The notes under the pieces: generated by a model
Told to the model about the DNA's origin: nothing
Databases searched by the model: none
The model's input: the letters and a program-made list of their open reading frames with translations, nothing else
In this document: one piece after another, positions 13,262 to 27,412 of the stretch
Layout of the letters: each line of letters opens with the position of its first letter
How positions within the stretch are numbered: the stretch's first letter is position 1
NCBI GenBank assembly: GCA_002633005.1
Contig: NMRA01000125.1
Location: 591,566 to 655,565, forward strand
Source: Phoronis australis
Taxonomy: Eukaryota > Animalia > Phoronida
DNA length: 64,000 bases
Direction: 5' to 3'
Program-made: the position numbers and the translations under genes

Positions 13262-13846
13262 AGATACCATGTCTCATTAAAATCATGAATGTTTTAATTT
13301 GCAGCAAGCGCCACCTAGTGACTTTCAGGAGAACTGTGTACACGTATAAACGGGATAAGAAACAATTTGTAAATAAACTGCGGTTAAAAGAAAACACCAC
13401 GACAACTGATACACGTGTAAAAGAACAATAATTCCAATTCTTATTTGATAGTGAAATGCATAAATAAAAACTGTGCCTCGTTTTGTTAGGGTAACAGCAA
13501 TCTGTACGAGAAGTGTGTGCAAATATCTAGATTTGCACTACTAGAGATGCAAAGTGGCATGGTGTCGAATGTTGTCCAGGTGACGGCAAAATGAAATTAC
13601 AGCACCAATTCTTTCGTTGTGGTCACCGTGAGGAGAGTTATCTTAGTATCTAGACCTCATCGGCATCGTGTGTTCGTCCGCCTTGATAAAATGTTACATA
13701 AAAACAGTCTCGTAAAACGAGACTTTCGTGAGATCAGTCAAATGGTAATTGGTTCTCACATGGTTTCCGGCACACTGGACTGCCCAGGATTGTTTGTAAA
13801 TTAGTACTTCATTTGCATATTCAAAATTTAATGAGACTATGCATCT
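13262..13846. mobile_element. TTAA-flanked non-autonomous element (Kolobok-like)
   Basis: ttaa-AGATACCATGTCTCATTAAA ... TTTAATGAGACTATGCATCT-ttaa imperfect TIR. Confidence 0.65.
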
Positions 13847-14754
13847 TTAAGGCAGTTAAAAATCTTCAAAATATCGTCGCTATGCGTTTGCGCAGCTTGA
13901 GATACCGCGTGAATGCGAGAGCCCCTCGATAATAACATCTATTGAACGCTGTTTGCTATATTCTCGTGAAACATTTTCTTGCAGAGCCAGGAAGCTTGTC
14001 TTCAGTCTACAAAATCGTGATAAACATGTTCACAGAAACCATGTAACTCAGTGCAATAAACTCGTGGTAAACATTTGGAAACATGGTGCAAGAACGAATT
14101 ACTGTTTTTCTGGGACATGGGTGGTCACAGCATGTTGCAACTTTTACACGTGGTGAGTAGTACTTAAACAACTGCGGCCAGCTTACAAAATTGTATTTAG
14201 TGGGCGGTAAATTTTGTTAGAAGATGTTTTCACGGAAAATAGGTTTTCGGTAGAAGGTTTTCTCTTGTAACCTGATTTCAGATTACTTTTCTCCACTTTA
14301 AGACTCATTAACAATTTATAATTACGTCGCTAATTAAATTTGTTGTTTTTCACATGGAAATGCCAAACGTTTGCATATAAAATTCTAAACCAGGGCCCTA
14401 TTCATGACAAATGACCTAACACCTAAGGCTGAAATTCGGGCTCAGTTAAGACAATGAGGAAAATTCAGAAAAGACCATTTCGTGAACGCAAATTGGTTTC
14501 TGGTCTTTGGTCTTCAATGCAATCTGGATCTTGTGTACTTTAGAAGACCTGAACGCTCTGGAAAACACCACTTCAGTTTTCCTGTAAAGTCGCACTGCAT
14601 TGCTTCTCTGCGGTGCTTTCCTGGTTCTCGAATCTAGAGCAAACGATTTTCAATTTGCCGGGATGGGGCCATTAGGTTGTAAAGCATTGAGAGAAATATC
14701 AACGAGCAAAATCAGAATTTGAGTGTACAGTAAGTGACGCCACATGCACAAATC

Positions 14755-14865
14755 CCAGCCTAAACCTAACCACAGAGCTTACCAACCCTAACCTATCTTA
14801 ATTGAGCCTTATCGGTCCCTCACCTTAACGCTAACACTTACCCCAAACCTTACCCTCCTAACGTT
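14755..14865. repeat. Degenerate (CCTAAC)n-like array, probably a non-autonomous Helitron-type remnant
   Basis: Repeated cctaac/ccttac variants, too degenerate for a telomere; the family call is inference. Confidence 0.4.
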
Positions 14866-15470
14866 AAACTTTGTAAGCTGGCGACATTTCCACCTGTTGT
14901 CTGATTCTGTTCGGCGATACAGAAGACGGAGCGCGATGAAAGAAAGCATTAGATTCGTGTCTTGATCATCCGTTTACAGACCGCGATTTTTGCAAACGAT
15001 AACAGCAAACAGAAACTGACGGAAACACAACAGTGAGGGGGGCAGTGAAGTGGCTACGTGAACGACACTTGTTCTCAAAGCATTAACGATGCTCGGGATC
15101 CGCGCAGACGTGGGGTAACGAAGAGAATATCGGGAAAACACCTAAGCATAGTAAAATCTATAGCTCAATCACCTTTTTAATCTAACATACACCGAAGGAA
15201 ACTCAAAAATATTAAATTTAGAAATTTACCGGATCTTTTCTAGGCCTTAAACACCTGTAACGGACATGTTGAATGTTGACCGACTTCCAGATTTTGCATG
15301 CATTCGTATGGTCGTTAGCTCTACATTTTGATTGTATCATGTCGAGGTACGTGGGGACTGAGCAGAATTAACCGGGCGGTGCTGAACTCGTGATTGTTTG
15401 CGAAGTTAACAGACTGCGGTTTCTACATTTGTAACTGTATTTTGGTCAGCTGACTGGCTTGGCTACTGAT

Positions 15471-15925
15471 CAGCCTCGTCCTAAGCCTCAAGATGGGGCT
15501 GATCGGTTTAGCCATTTGAGACTTGGTTATGGGAAATGAAATGTGTCAGAATTCTGGGAATCGCTGAAATATCACGAGTAACATAATTTTGAAATTGTCT
15601 GCGGTTTTACATAAAAGTGAAAACTAACGGTATATTGCAGCAAATTATTTCAAAAATGATGTATTTTGATTCGAAACAGATTATTTTTTATGACACTATT
15701 ATACAAAAGAATTGAAAATAAGAACGGGAACAACCTTAATTTCAAACAAAACAACGACTTCTGCTTCATGAATTGCAGCAACAACGCCTGTGAAAGTAAT
15801 TAAAATCTGCCTTTGTTTTAATGGAGTCTAGGCAGCGGCAAACCATAAGCCGCCGGTAATTCCCATAACCAAACTTCAAATGGTTAAACCGGCCAGCGTC
15901 ATCTTGAAGCTTGGGGACGATGCTG
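15471..15925. mobile_element. MITE with ~65-bp TIRs and a 10-bp TSD (AcademH- or Mutator-like)
   Basis: CAGCCTCGTCC...GGTTATGGGAA / TTCCCATAACC...GGACGATGCTG; GGCTACTGAT duplicated exactly at 15461-15470 and 15926-15935. Confidence 0.82.
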
Positions 15926-18900
15926 GGCTACTGATATGTTCTTTCGCAACGGTCTCCTGTGGTGAGAGTGGCTGAACAAAGGCATAATGGGTAATGTACC
16001 CATGCTGGCCTTATTGGGTTTTGCCTGGAAGTGCGCACATCACTTTATTGTCGAAAACTCTGATTAACACGAGAACTTGTTCATTTCACCTCCGAGCCTG
16101 ACACAAATGCTGGAATTTTATTCTGACGCGTATTTTTTCGCTTTCACGTGTCCGACACTGAAATGAGAGCCAGGGTCAGAAAAAAGGTTGCAAAACCCGC
16201 AAAATTGAAATCTTTTCAACCCCGAACCATCAATTCCTGTCAATTGTCGACATAAGCTAAAATGCACAAGATGGCATCAGATTTCTTAGTCACTGCAGTG
16301 CAGTGCAATACAGCAGCAACTTCTTCCGTAAGCAGCCATTTTGAAGTAAATGGAAACAATCTTCTGCAGAACAAATGATCTTTTCTGTTTCACATCATCA
16401 TTCATGATTCACGGGCACAAGCAAACCAGATTGATTGAAACTACTGGCACACCACAAAACTGCCGGCAAACCTGTTGGTTTCCTTACTTCTTTATTGGCC
16501 GCGGCTGAGGGCAAATTAGCCGCGGCTACAATCTAGTTGTAGCGCACATTATTGCCCACGGCTACAGTCTAACTGCACAGTGCCGGATTAATAATACGTC
16601 ATGTACACGTTCGTGTATGACGGAATACGTACATGTACATGAACGTGGCTGGGCGGAGACTGAATTCATGGAAATTAACATTAAAATGTACACAGTAGCT
16701 CGCAATAGAAATTACTCTCACCGAAACATGCTACATGCAGACACGAGCATTGCTAAGAAACCGAATTTATTTGTCAGTGCGAATGATTCCATTTCTCGGT
16801 ATGCTATCGAAAAAGATTGTAGATGATGTTGTATCAAATTATACGTGCCCTATTACGGATGTTAGTTCTCAAACGAATCTCACATAAAGTAGAGTACCGC
16901 ATTTGTCCTGTTTACAATCTTTTGGACAACGGGGACACTTTTGGGATTTTGTGTTATCCATTTTCTAAAATTGTTGTGGAAATCCTCTCATCAGACCTCA
17001 GACTTTTCAAAACAATCTGTTTTATTGACCTTACTCCATTATGTTCGAGCTGTAATGCGTCCAATTTACATGTATGCCTCAAGGCAATGACGCCGACGAC
17101 GGGATTAAGCATTAGACACTGCCATTTTGCTTCCATGGCTTTATACCTACCTGTTTGGTCGTACTTTTGGTGAATCCATTGATGCGTATAGATTTGAAAT
17201 GCTCCGCAGACTGAAGCGCAATTAAATTTCCAGGCATTGAGACTGTAATTACGGAGTGTCCCTGTTTTTGGCATTAAATTGATCGCCAGATCTAAATTAA
17301 ATCCCGTCTATTGTAAGGCTGCATTAATTTACAGGTTTTAGCGTCATGACATTGTGTTGTACGTATGCCGTGATTTTCTAATTGTTTTTCGTCTCTACTA
17401 ATTAAGCGCTAGAGCGCCATTATATAGCACAATACGCGACTTCGTCACAATGAAATATCGCATTTCTAAATTGTCACCATAACTCGAAAAATCAATAACT
17501 GAGATCGCACAGCGTGAAGAAACGATTCGTAATTTGTGACACAAGAAAAGGAGACGTAATATCTTGTTGTTTAAGATTCCACTTCACGTCAACCTGTTTA
17601 AGTAAGTAGAACGGTTTTCCATAGCCCTTGGGTAGGACTGGATGTTTTAATGTGAAAGGCATTTGTCATGTATTCTGTATAGAAGGTGTGTGCTTGTGCT
17701 GCCCATTAAATTCGCCACAATATCCATATAATCGTATGTATGGAAGTCCCTCATCACGCATGTAAAGCTGACGAGGTCAAACGTTTTGTTAGACCACGAA
17801 GGCGTTCGTAAAGAGACCAGTAAGGACATCATTATGTTCTGTCGTTTCTGCCACGGTTCTATACCTCCAAATGCTAAAAACACGAGCCCAAGCATTGTGT
17901 CAGCTGAACACTACGCATAAACCTCCAATGGCAGTAAGGAAGCGTGAAACGCTAAAAATAAGCTCGCGTTGTCGTTTCATTCTGTGTACATCATAGTTTG
18001 AAGCCGAAACAAACCATGTTCTGGTGTTAAAACATCAACTTTCGTCCGTGCGCATGCGCTTTTCCAAAGCACTGTTGTAGCATAGTTGCTTCATTTGAAA
18101 CTGTAAGATTAGCAGCCATACTGCCGTAGCGACTAACTTGAAAACTAACACGCCGGGTCAAGCCAATGAATTAATAGGCGTAGCCTGAGGAAATAACGAA
18201 CTGACAATTCTTTTCAAATCTAGAATTCATTTCAGATCTGAAGAATACGTGAGGCCTATTTTGTAAGAGGCCTAAATTAAAAGTTGTTTTTCATAGAATA
18301 CACGGAGTCATTGACCTTTTATTACTCACAGGCATTTCCAGACTACTCGAACAACATGGCTCGCGCACTAATGAAGCATCTTTTTCACTTATAAACAATG
18401 TTGACAGCCCTGTTAAGCCGTTGCGACGAAATTTCATGCGAACCTGGGTCATCGAAACTGGTATCGGAGAATTTTGCAAAAATGGTGGCGAAACGGAGGT
18501 AGACTCAAAGTATCTTCGTCCCTGAGTTTATCTCGAGTGTTTAGGATTCTGGGCTGTGGCAGCGTGTCGGCGCTGATTGCGCTCGGGTGTAACAGCCTCT
18601 CAAGTTACGCCATTGTATACTCGGAATCAGCTGGTGTTCACTGGAAGATGAAACCGGCAATCTGCGCATTGACAAGCACAAAGAGTTTGGGGGAAATTCT
18701 CCCTGCAGTTTTGCGAAGGATGTGACAAATTCTTCACGAGGTTACGTCTTACTGCATAGTAGACAAGTTTGGTGACTCGTTATATTGATTGTACGATTTA
18801 TCACGGGCACGGTTATGTTCATTTGTGACTACTGTAGGTCGAATCAAGTAGTACTAATAACATAATTATCTAAAACACCCCCTTGTTTAGCACACACTGA

Positions 18901-21900
18901 ATTCTACTTCGTCAATTTTCTCATCGAAATAAATGTTGCCCTGAATGTCTATGGATTTCGTACTCTTTTACGAATGGTAGTCGAGTATTCTGGATATTAC
19001 AGTGTTACAACTGTAGGTTGTGTGTATTGTGTGCGAAACGACGAGGCTTTTCTTTTTTGTGTCTTCGTGTTCGCTTACACCAATAATCTTTCAGTGAACT
19101 AGCTACAAGTATATAATTTTGTCACTAATGGCATTTCTACAGTGTAAAAACAAAGAAAGTTTACTTTGCAACCAGCTTGATTTCAACTGTTCATATTCAT
19201 CGAACAACAATACGTAAAAATTTGAGCGGTATAACTTTTTTCAAAAGTGAAAAAATAGCTTACTTCGGTATTTGAATGCAATTCAAGACAAGTTACCGTT
19301 TTGAACCCAAGTTTGGTGTAGATCTCGAAAACGAAGTTATGACTTGATTTGTATTCGTATTAATTGTCGCTTGTTCCTGTTATTTTTGCAATCTTTTCTG
19401 AGATGAGTATTTATCCAATTGCTGCTCAATGATTTCATTTCAACGGTATTGCTTTTTGGATTACTTTTACGGGAATATGATTATAGAAGCACACTTGTAC
19501 TGTGAATCAGAACAAAGTGTTCTGCTTAAGCAGTAGGGTTGGTGATCGCAAACTAAACGTTAATCAGCTGGATTATGATTCATATTAAGGGAATGCTGGT
19601 TTCAAAATAATGTTTTTGCATGTTTAACTGATTCAAATATGGCGGTTGACCTCCTCAAAAGAACCAAATGTCAGACGTGTACATGAGGGCTGAATTGCAT
19701 GAAACTTCAAAAGTTATCCACTGGATAAGTTTGATTGTTGCATGACGCCAGGTACATTATTCAAAAATAACAACGTGACACGTGATAATGCGACTTGATT
19801 GTTGCTATACGGCGTATGGAACTGGGCCCTGATTCTGTGTATTTAGTGATCAACGGGGGAAAACCAGGGTGAGGCAATCAAGAGCGAGACACGCGATCGT
19901 GAGATGTTCACGATTCTAAATTAAATAAAGTCTATTCTTTAGCGGACATGGTTTGTATAGATTGATGGAAACTGATGTGAACCTTTGTGAACGGCTAACA
20001 ACCGCCTCCCGTCAAAAAATCAACTTTGTTCTCCACGCCTGGGTCACCGTTCATCTTATGTTCAGCTGATGGCCAAATTTCACTCCTACATGTATACGCT
20101 CTAGCTCGGCCAGCAGCTCAATACTTCTTTATACTGTAAGTGCTGTTTTTTTTGTGACCACCACCTGCCTTATAAAAAATAGCTTCCCAATAGTACACAG
20201 CTTGCTTACCTTCAAAACCGGCACTAAGTTGTTTCTACGCAACTTTGCAAGTTTTTTGGGACTCTGTCAAGGCTTATTAGTTCACTAAATATCGTAAAAC
20301 GGCCTTAGAGCCAACTTCAACGTATACCTTGTGTTTGTCGAGTTTAAACTGTTGTCTCTCCGCTGAAACTAGAATTAAATTGAAGTTTAACTTTACTTTC
20401 AGCCGAATACATGCATAGTCTATGCAAATTTTAAAGCCTAATAAAAATCACGTACCACTGTTATGAATGTGGCGGTAATATAAAACTGAACCAGATGGTC
20501 TCGTATCCTGCTAATAAATGAACTGTTTTAAACTGATTATTCCATACATTTGTGATATGATGGATGGCGGAGTCTTGTTCAGGGCAAAAGCATAAAAAGT
20601 AAGTGATAGAAACGAGCCCTGTTTCACGATTGCCTTTTACTGACTGACAGAGTCTGAGGCATGTGCCTTCTGGCGTGGCCCCTGCCTCCGCTCTCCCACG
20701 GCCCTGATTCAGGGCCGTGAATCAAGTCAAACAAAACTAATCAACTTGACAGACATTTCTTCAGTGGTGACACCTACATGTAGGGTTTTGCCATCGTGGA
20801 AGGGATATTGAAATGGACATTTTCCTCATCTGATGATCAAATCAATAATCGACTCTATTCAAAACATAACTTTTTACCCTGGCACTCACAAGTGACCCAT
20901 TTTAACTCAGACTTGACTTACTGAGACAATCAGCGGCTGGAAACTGAGTTCAATGGAGACCCAGGCTAATTGCAACGCGCACTGGATACTTTACGTTTGA
21001 TCGAATATCACGTAATTTAGTCACGATGATTTATTCAGATCGCCCGAAAACACAAGAAAACTAATTTAACAGTGATTGTGGCAGTGTGAATGAAGATGAT
21101 GATGACAAACGTCAATGAGCGCGATACTAAACGGCAGTCTTCATGATATGTGCACGACGACGTTGATACCGACGTCAAAAGTAAATTCATACTTATCGTT
21201 AGACGGAAGAGGATGATATTGACAAAGGTGTTGTTGTTTTAAATTATAATCATAATGCTGATGACAGTGATGAGGACGACGCCATGAGTGGCGATAACAA
21301 TTGTGTACTATGGTTTATACTGAATTGTACGCACTTACTAGTACATGGAAGAATTATCCCCCTTCCTAACTATATGCTAATACACACACGTAAATATCTG
21401 TTCATGGAATAGCAATCTGTCTCTCCTCAACTACTAAGTGCGCTTTGGTTTCCTCTGCGACATTCTATTTCAGTATGAAACTGAAATATTTTCCTCTGCA
21501 CGAACTTCTGTCAGTCAGCATTTTTCATTAAGGACAGATTTATTTTTGACGTTGGCTTCACTAACGATTCATCTGATTTTCTATGACGAGTACAACTACG
21601 GGAGGACCTTCAGCGGCTAGAAGAATAAATTTTGTCGTTCGCTCGCCAAACACCGGCAGATATTTCAAAGATTTCCTCTGTCGGCGCAGATTTAGCACGA
21701 AATCACGAAAGCACGCGTCAGGTCATTGACTTTTGGCTGATATTGGTAAAATCAATCTTAGCATTCATGTAACGTTGGCTCTGCACGCAAAACAAACGCC
21801 ACATGACAAAACAAGCCCTGTCATATGATAAAGGACAAATTCCCTTATCCTTTCTGTGTCTTTCATACCACGCTCCCATCGGTATCAAAACTCATTTCTT

Positions 21901-23317
21901 CTATTTACCACCGCCATCTCCAAACCAATCTCACCAACCTTTCGTTCTGCTCCATTGCGCTCTTGTATCGGCACTTATTACACCTGCTTTCCACACTGTT
22001 CCTCTCTGTCGCTCTCATCTAAGATCTCCCCTCAGTTTCTGGCTCCTCTATAAGCTCGTGTTCCCATGGACACCATGACACTCGACACATGTTTGTTTCC
22101 CGTTCTTGTACCTACTGAGCTATCTCATTTACGACCCCCCCTCTCTGTCTGTCCACTTCATTTCACACGCCAGTCGTCACGACCACCAATGTTTGTCATT
22201 CCCATCACCGGCATCTCTTGATTCAGGACTTTCTTGCATTTCAGCACCATTTGCGTTAACCTCGCTTTATTCATTAATTTCAGTGATGACTGAGACATAC
22301 TAGGCGATACTCTAACGCACCTCTTCACTGTTGTAGTGTTGAGTCTGCTGCGATAAAGTTCGTCACTCTTGTTCCAGTTCAACTAAACTTAGCGATTCCA
22401 AATCGCCTTTTGTCCTTTACAATTCTATGTACCGACATAACTGGCTCAAATTAACATATTCTTTCACAAATTTTGAATAACGCCAAAATTGCAATGACAT
22501 GTAACACAGTTCTTCGTTATTTCTAAAATAAATTTATGAGTTATTCCATGCAGAAGACTCTGTTGCAGCAAGTTTATCACATAAATAGGTCTTATAAGAG
22601 TTGATAAATGTATCGCGCCAAAACATAATCAGTTATCTCAATTATAAGTGCTGGTAAACGCGTCATTTTGCAACCAATGCAGACAGCGTGGAATCCTGAC
22701 GTCCGGAGGGACAGTAGACTTCATTTGTATCTAACAGTGTGACACTAATCACATTCCTGTCGACAATATGGCGAGTATCTCAGGCAAAATCAGGATTGGA
22801 ACCAAGCCACGACTCCCTGTGGACTAGCGAATTAATAAATAGTTCCAATTTCATTACAAGGAGCGTCGAACCATGGACCTGTCATGGGGTCAAGACGAGG
22901 TATTTTAGTTATCAAACAAATTGCACTGCAGATGTTTAATACAAAAATCGAAACGGCTGAGATTAAAGAATAGTCGGTCCTGTGATAAAAATGTTTCGTC
23001 AATATCCTAAGACGTCATTGTGTAATACCACTTCTTTTATAGCCTCAAATTGTCCCTCAGAGGTGTTTCACATGCGCGCATGTGTGAACTTCAGTCATAA
23101 CAGTGAGTCAGATGGATAATTCATTTGAAGCAACGAAAATATCCGCCGTCGTGTTCGAAATGGTTTAGACATGCAAACGAAATCTTATTATCAAGTGGTC
23201 GGAGACTGTGTGGATGTGAATATTTTCGTTATAAAGGAAAAAAAAATGCAGCCAAACAGGTACGCACCGGACTTAGATCTATTCCTTTCAGACCCCCGAA
23301 ATAACGCGTTCACTTAA

Positions 23318-23668
23318 AAGGATACCAAACCCGGTTGTGACGTATACAACTTTCCCATCCAGTTCCCTGAAATGAAATTATGACCTGTAACCCTCGACAA
23401 CCCTCAAAAGTTTGGAGGAAAATTTCAAAACTCCTTTCGAATTCTGCTGAACGGGCAAGCGTGTCGACCTACGCTTTTAGCGAGTTGCACTGCAACTGGG
23501 TAATTCGCTAAAGACCAACCATCAAGGACCATAATATCCAATTTGTAAGGAAGGAAGGATGAGTTTAGTTGATTCTTGTATTTAAGTTGCAATGTTGACG
23601 CCAGTGATGCATTAGCCGGTGAAATGTTAAGGACTGGTTGAAATCATCAAAACAGGGTTTGGTATCCT
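23318..23668. mobile_element. TTAA-flanked MITE (Kolobok-like)
   Basis: TIR AGGATACCAAACCC / GGGTTTGGTATCCT; a partial second copy of the left end lies near 9863-9935. Confidence 0.7.
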
Positions 23669-24589
23669 TAAAGTAGCTATTGCTGATAGAACCTATGGAA
23701 TAAAGAAAAACTCTGAGTGACAAGTCACAGAATTGGCTGAAATTTTACCAGTGGATTCATATCCAACTCAAACGACACTAACCATCATTGATCTCTCCGT
23801 CTTTTTATACTCCCCTGAAATTTTTACATGAAACATTCAAAGAATTCAGCGTGGAAGTGACCTCTTTTGGTAACAGAACTAATCCGTCTAGATTAGGGAC
23901 TGATATTCAATACTGTGTAGGCATGTGTAATATTCACAGGGGAAACTCGTTTTGTCGTACCGACTAATTTAAGTACCCAAACTCAAACTAAGTTATTGCT
24001 AAGGATGTAGCAAACTTACTATTGAAATTTGTAGACGATGAATAAAAGTTACTAAAAACAATAAAGGCCAAAAGTCTGCTCTTCTTTTGATGTCATGCCT
24101 AGAAATTTAACTGAAATGCGCACTTTTTGTGTGCAAGTGTCACTTGTTGTAAATTGTGCAGTAATATAAATTACAAACAGTGACTGACTGCTTTTAATTG
24201 GCAATAGAAAACGTTATTTAGCGTACACTATTGTCTTCTTTGCAAATAGTTTGCTCTCAGACACGTTGGTTTTATCAGAGTCGAAATCAGACTTCCAGTG
24301 CAGAATTTCAGCAAGTGACACCTTGTGGCGCTACAGTAGCAGAACTTCCTGTTCATGGAAATATGTCTGTCGTGGTTTGCAGTTTTAAAAGGCATTCTCC
24401 ATGAAAATGGTCACACGAAGTCTTTATCAAAGAGGGAATCGGCATAAGAAGTGCAGCAGAACATTTACGATATACATGTGATGTGAGTGAGCCAGTTTTT
24501 GAATATGAGCTCACCTGGCCAGAGTGGGCGTTTTTAATTTATAGTGGTCGGTGCACGTACATGTATGCACACGGTCGTTTGTTTCCTTG

Positions 24590-25020
24590 CCGTTGGGTGA
24601 AATAAATGTCCAATTGGACATTGACAGATACAAGTGTAATCTAGTAAGGGAAATTGGATATGATGACATTGCAAAGAAGTGTGTGTCTGCCCCGAATTCA
24701 TTTGGATCAACGGCACTTCCGCCGGCTTCTTATGAAGAGAGAGGCCAGGATCCACTTGTAATGAAATTGAGTCTGGGTTGGCAAAGGCAAACGGAGCTCC
24801 AGATTTGCTCATGACGTGAAAGCGTTATTGACGAAAAGTTTGCAGCTGGCCAAAGAAGTGGAGTCAAAGTGTACTCCTAAAGTCATCAAGTGGCTGAGGA
24901 AATGAAGTCAGCGTAAGATGGCGAAAAAAACGCTTTAATTGAAATGACTGGCTAACAGAGGCCAAGGTCAGTGGCTGCCTTCTTAAAAGTTTGCACAGGG
25001 ATAGAGACGTTCAAACGATG
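24590..25020 (+). pseudogene. Possible decayed Myb/SANT-like ORF of a Harbinger transposon
   Basis: Frameshifted pieces GYDDIAKK / QRHFRRLL / ESG...QTELQ..HDVKALL resemble the W..IA and SG...TELD.LL.DI pattern; recognised by eye only. Confidence 0.35.
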
Positions 25021-25036
25021 AAGTGAGAAAATTTAA

Positions 25037-25624
25037 GGTTACCTCAAATCATTCTAACTCGTATATCAAAAAAATTAGACAACTAGCAAAAGTGTATATT
25101 TTCGGAACGAAAAAAGATCAGGGAATATAAAAATATTTTTTGTATTTAGGTACCGTTATCAATTTTTCGTAAAAACCTTTTTAAGTCTAAAATTTCATAT
25201 TTACGAAAGGTACATTCATAGCAAAATAACCCCTCGGTCGATTTTAATGAAACTTTTTTAAATGAAAATTTCACCAGTTATCTCAAAAAAACGCTGGTAG
25301 GAATTTTCGATTAGTTTTTGAGTTTGTTTTCTTTGACAAATCAACTCGCAAAACGTCAGGTATTTTTGTAAAAAATTGAAGTCGTATTCGTCTTTGTTAC
25401 ATCATGCAAAAACTAGGCCTTTATATCCAAAATCCTAATACTCGGGCTGTTTTTGAGATTGATGACTAAATATTAAGTTTGGAAAGTTTCAGTGAAATCC
25501 ACCGCGCTGTATACATTTTATATTAAATTTTGAATTTCCCGAGAATGAAGATAAGGTATTTTGCTAGACACATGTGAAATACTGTAAAAGTGGCCAGTTT
25601 TTGTGAATAAGGTTTGAGATATCC
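25037..25624. mobile_element. TTAA-flanked MITE (Kolobok-like)
   Basis: ttaa-GGTTACCTCAAA ... TTTGAGATATCC-ttaa. Confidence 0.6.
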
Positions 25625-25879
25625 TTAAGATGGGAACTATTAAATGAAGTTCTGGAAAACCTGGGTTAAGACCCTTCTACTGGGAAATTCTTTCAACACC
25701 TTTTTCTGTTGACTGATTGTCGAGAGCTCGAGTGTGTCAGTGTTTAAAGATCCGCAACTCTCTATTTGTGTTGTATGTCCATTCACTTAGACTTGTTCAG
25801 TACTTCATATAGTTTACATGAGTATATTCTGATGTGAAAAGAATGAAAATAGACAACGTGGTTGTACTTTTAATGGTTG

Positions 25880-26560
25880 TTAGAATAAAGGTTGAAATTT
25901 ACAGCACCTTTTTCGATCAAGGGGGGATTGCTTCAGATACCGCCTAGTACCCATCAGATAATTACTTGACCTACAGCACGATCTGCAGTTTCTAAAAAAT
26001 GCCGGTTGCACATTAATTAGAAAGGTCAAGGCCATTGGATTTATAATTACATCATCCAACTTTTCTACAAATGACAATGTCTCACTGTAGCATCTCGCTA
26101 TGTCACCAACACCTGTAGCAAGGATTAGTGATCTGTAAACAATGTCCTGCCAGCAAATGTTTGAATGCAGGTATGGGTCGTTCTGAATATCTGGATGCTC
26201 ATGTTCAAATAAATGGAAGTAGGACGTTTAATACAGTGGGACATTTTTTACTTTTACTCCAGCTGTATGAGAATTCTCTAGCAGAGGCAGCTTTTTGGGT
26301 GCGAACCTATCCAGAAGATGTATTCTAAAAGATGGGCTAAGATAACTTCCGGTGACCCGAGCAATCACTGCATTTACGGAAATGTTCAACTCCTGCGCTC
26401 TGTTTCGTTCTCAAAGGGTTTTTATTGAGAGATTAATCCCTCGATGTGCTGCAGCTCTTTTCCTCTTTTCCTCAGAAGCACTCAAGAGATTAGGTCGTGT
26501 GTTTTTCACCCGGCTTGGATCAGCTCAATTGACCTCCAGCGTCAGCTATCTTCCGAACGC
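25880..26560 (-). pseudogene. Possible decayed Harbinger (DDE_Tnp_4) transposase C-terminus
   Basis: FFRNCRSC...RYLKQSPLD resembles the LTNCHTCL...YF...PP.L ending of this transposase group; convergent with the Myb-like remnant. Confidence 0.35.
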
Positions 26561-27353
26561 CTAGCAACGAAACAACTGATGTGGTCGCCGCCTCTGTTTC
26601 AGCTAATTTTGACTGGAAGCATTTGGGAGGAATTGATGAATGGTAATAAATCACAAAAGCCCAACAGGTTTTACTATTCTATAACTCTGGTCAATCCTAA
26701 TCAACACCCTCGTGTTCCTTTAAGTCTTGCTTTTGTTTCATTTCTTTCAACACCCCCACATGTTTCGCGGCTAATATGAGGCTACTGGCCCTAATTGATT
26801 TTCTTGCTTTCAAATGACCCAATTATAAACACTCTTTTAATACTGACTACGTAAATGACCCCAATGTATTTTTGGAAGGGATTTTTTTGCGAAATGTCTT
26901 CACATTTTTTTACAACACGAACCCATTTCCAGAGAATACTGCACAAAAAATCAATGTCTAAACAAATTATTCCAAAATTGACTTCTTTCTGCTTCTCTAG
27001 TTATTCGTTCTAAAGTTAACGATGACACGAACATGGCCTTTCTTGAACCCATTGTTATTACTTTCCTTGCCGGCAAATTTGCTTCTAAAGACCGGCTGAT
27101 ATTTTAGCTAATGAGTTCGGACAAAAATTACTCTTAATTTAATTACTTGAAACACTTTGCTACAGACGAAAATCAGAAATTAAATTATACATGTGAGGTT
27201 GCAATAGCTTTTGAGTTCCGCGAAACAGGTGTCCTTTGGCGCTGTCACGTACTGTACAACGTTAAATTACGGAATGAACAGTTGACTACTGGCGAATAGT
27301 CCTTACAGCAGTAACCAATCGAGTGCTGGCAGCGTGCAGTGACATGTACGTAT

Positions 27354-27412
27354 ACTCGTTGCTACCCTGCGTGTCCGCTTCCTCCTAGCGGACACGCAGG
27401 GAACCAGCGAGT
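27354..27412. mobile_element. 59-bp palindromic mini-element
   Basis: CCCTGCGTGTCCGCT / AGCGGACACGCAGGG stem; TACGTAT on both sides; the same end (cacgcagggaaccagcgagt) recurs near 2133-2153. Confidence 0.65.

Noticed and set aside
14755-14865. Interstitial telomere
   Set aside because: Too degenerate and short; such arrays are common inside non-autonomous repeats.
17765-17805. CTGACGA as a hammerhead ribozyme
   Set aside because: No correctly placed GAAA or closing stems.
18291-18730. GC-richer segment as a coding exon (minus-strand donor at 18329, or plus-strand acceptor)
   Set aside because: Splice signals are ambiguous between strands, the peptide is unrecognisable, and the nearest minus-strand partner exon (~15229-15253) introduces a stop.
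21080-21300. Acidic low-complexity coding exon
   Set aside because: Degenerate (GAT/GAC)n microsatellite with stops and no convincing splice sites.
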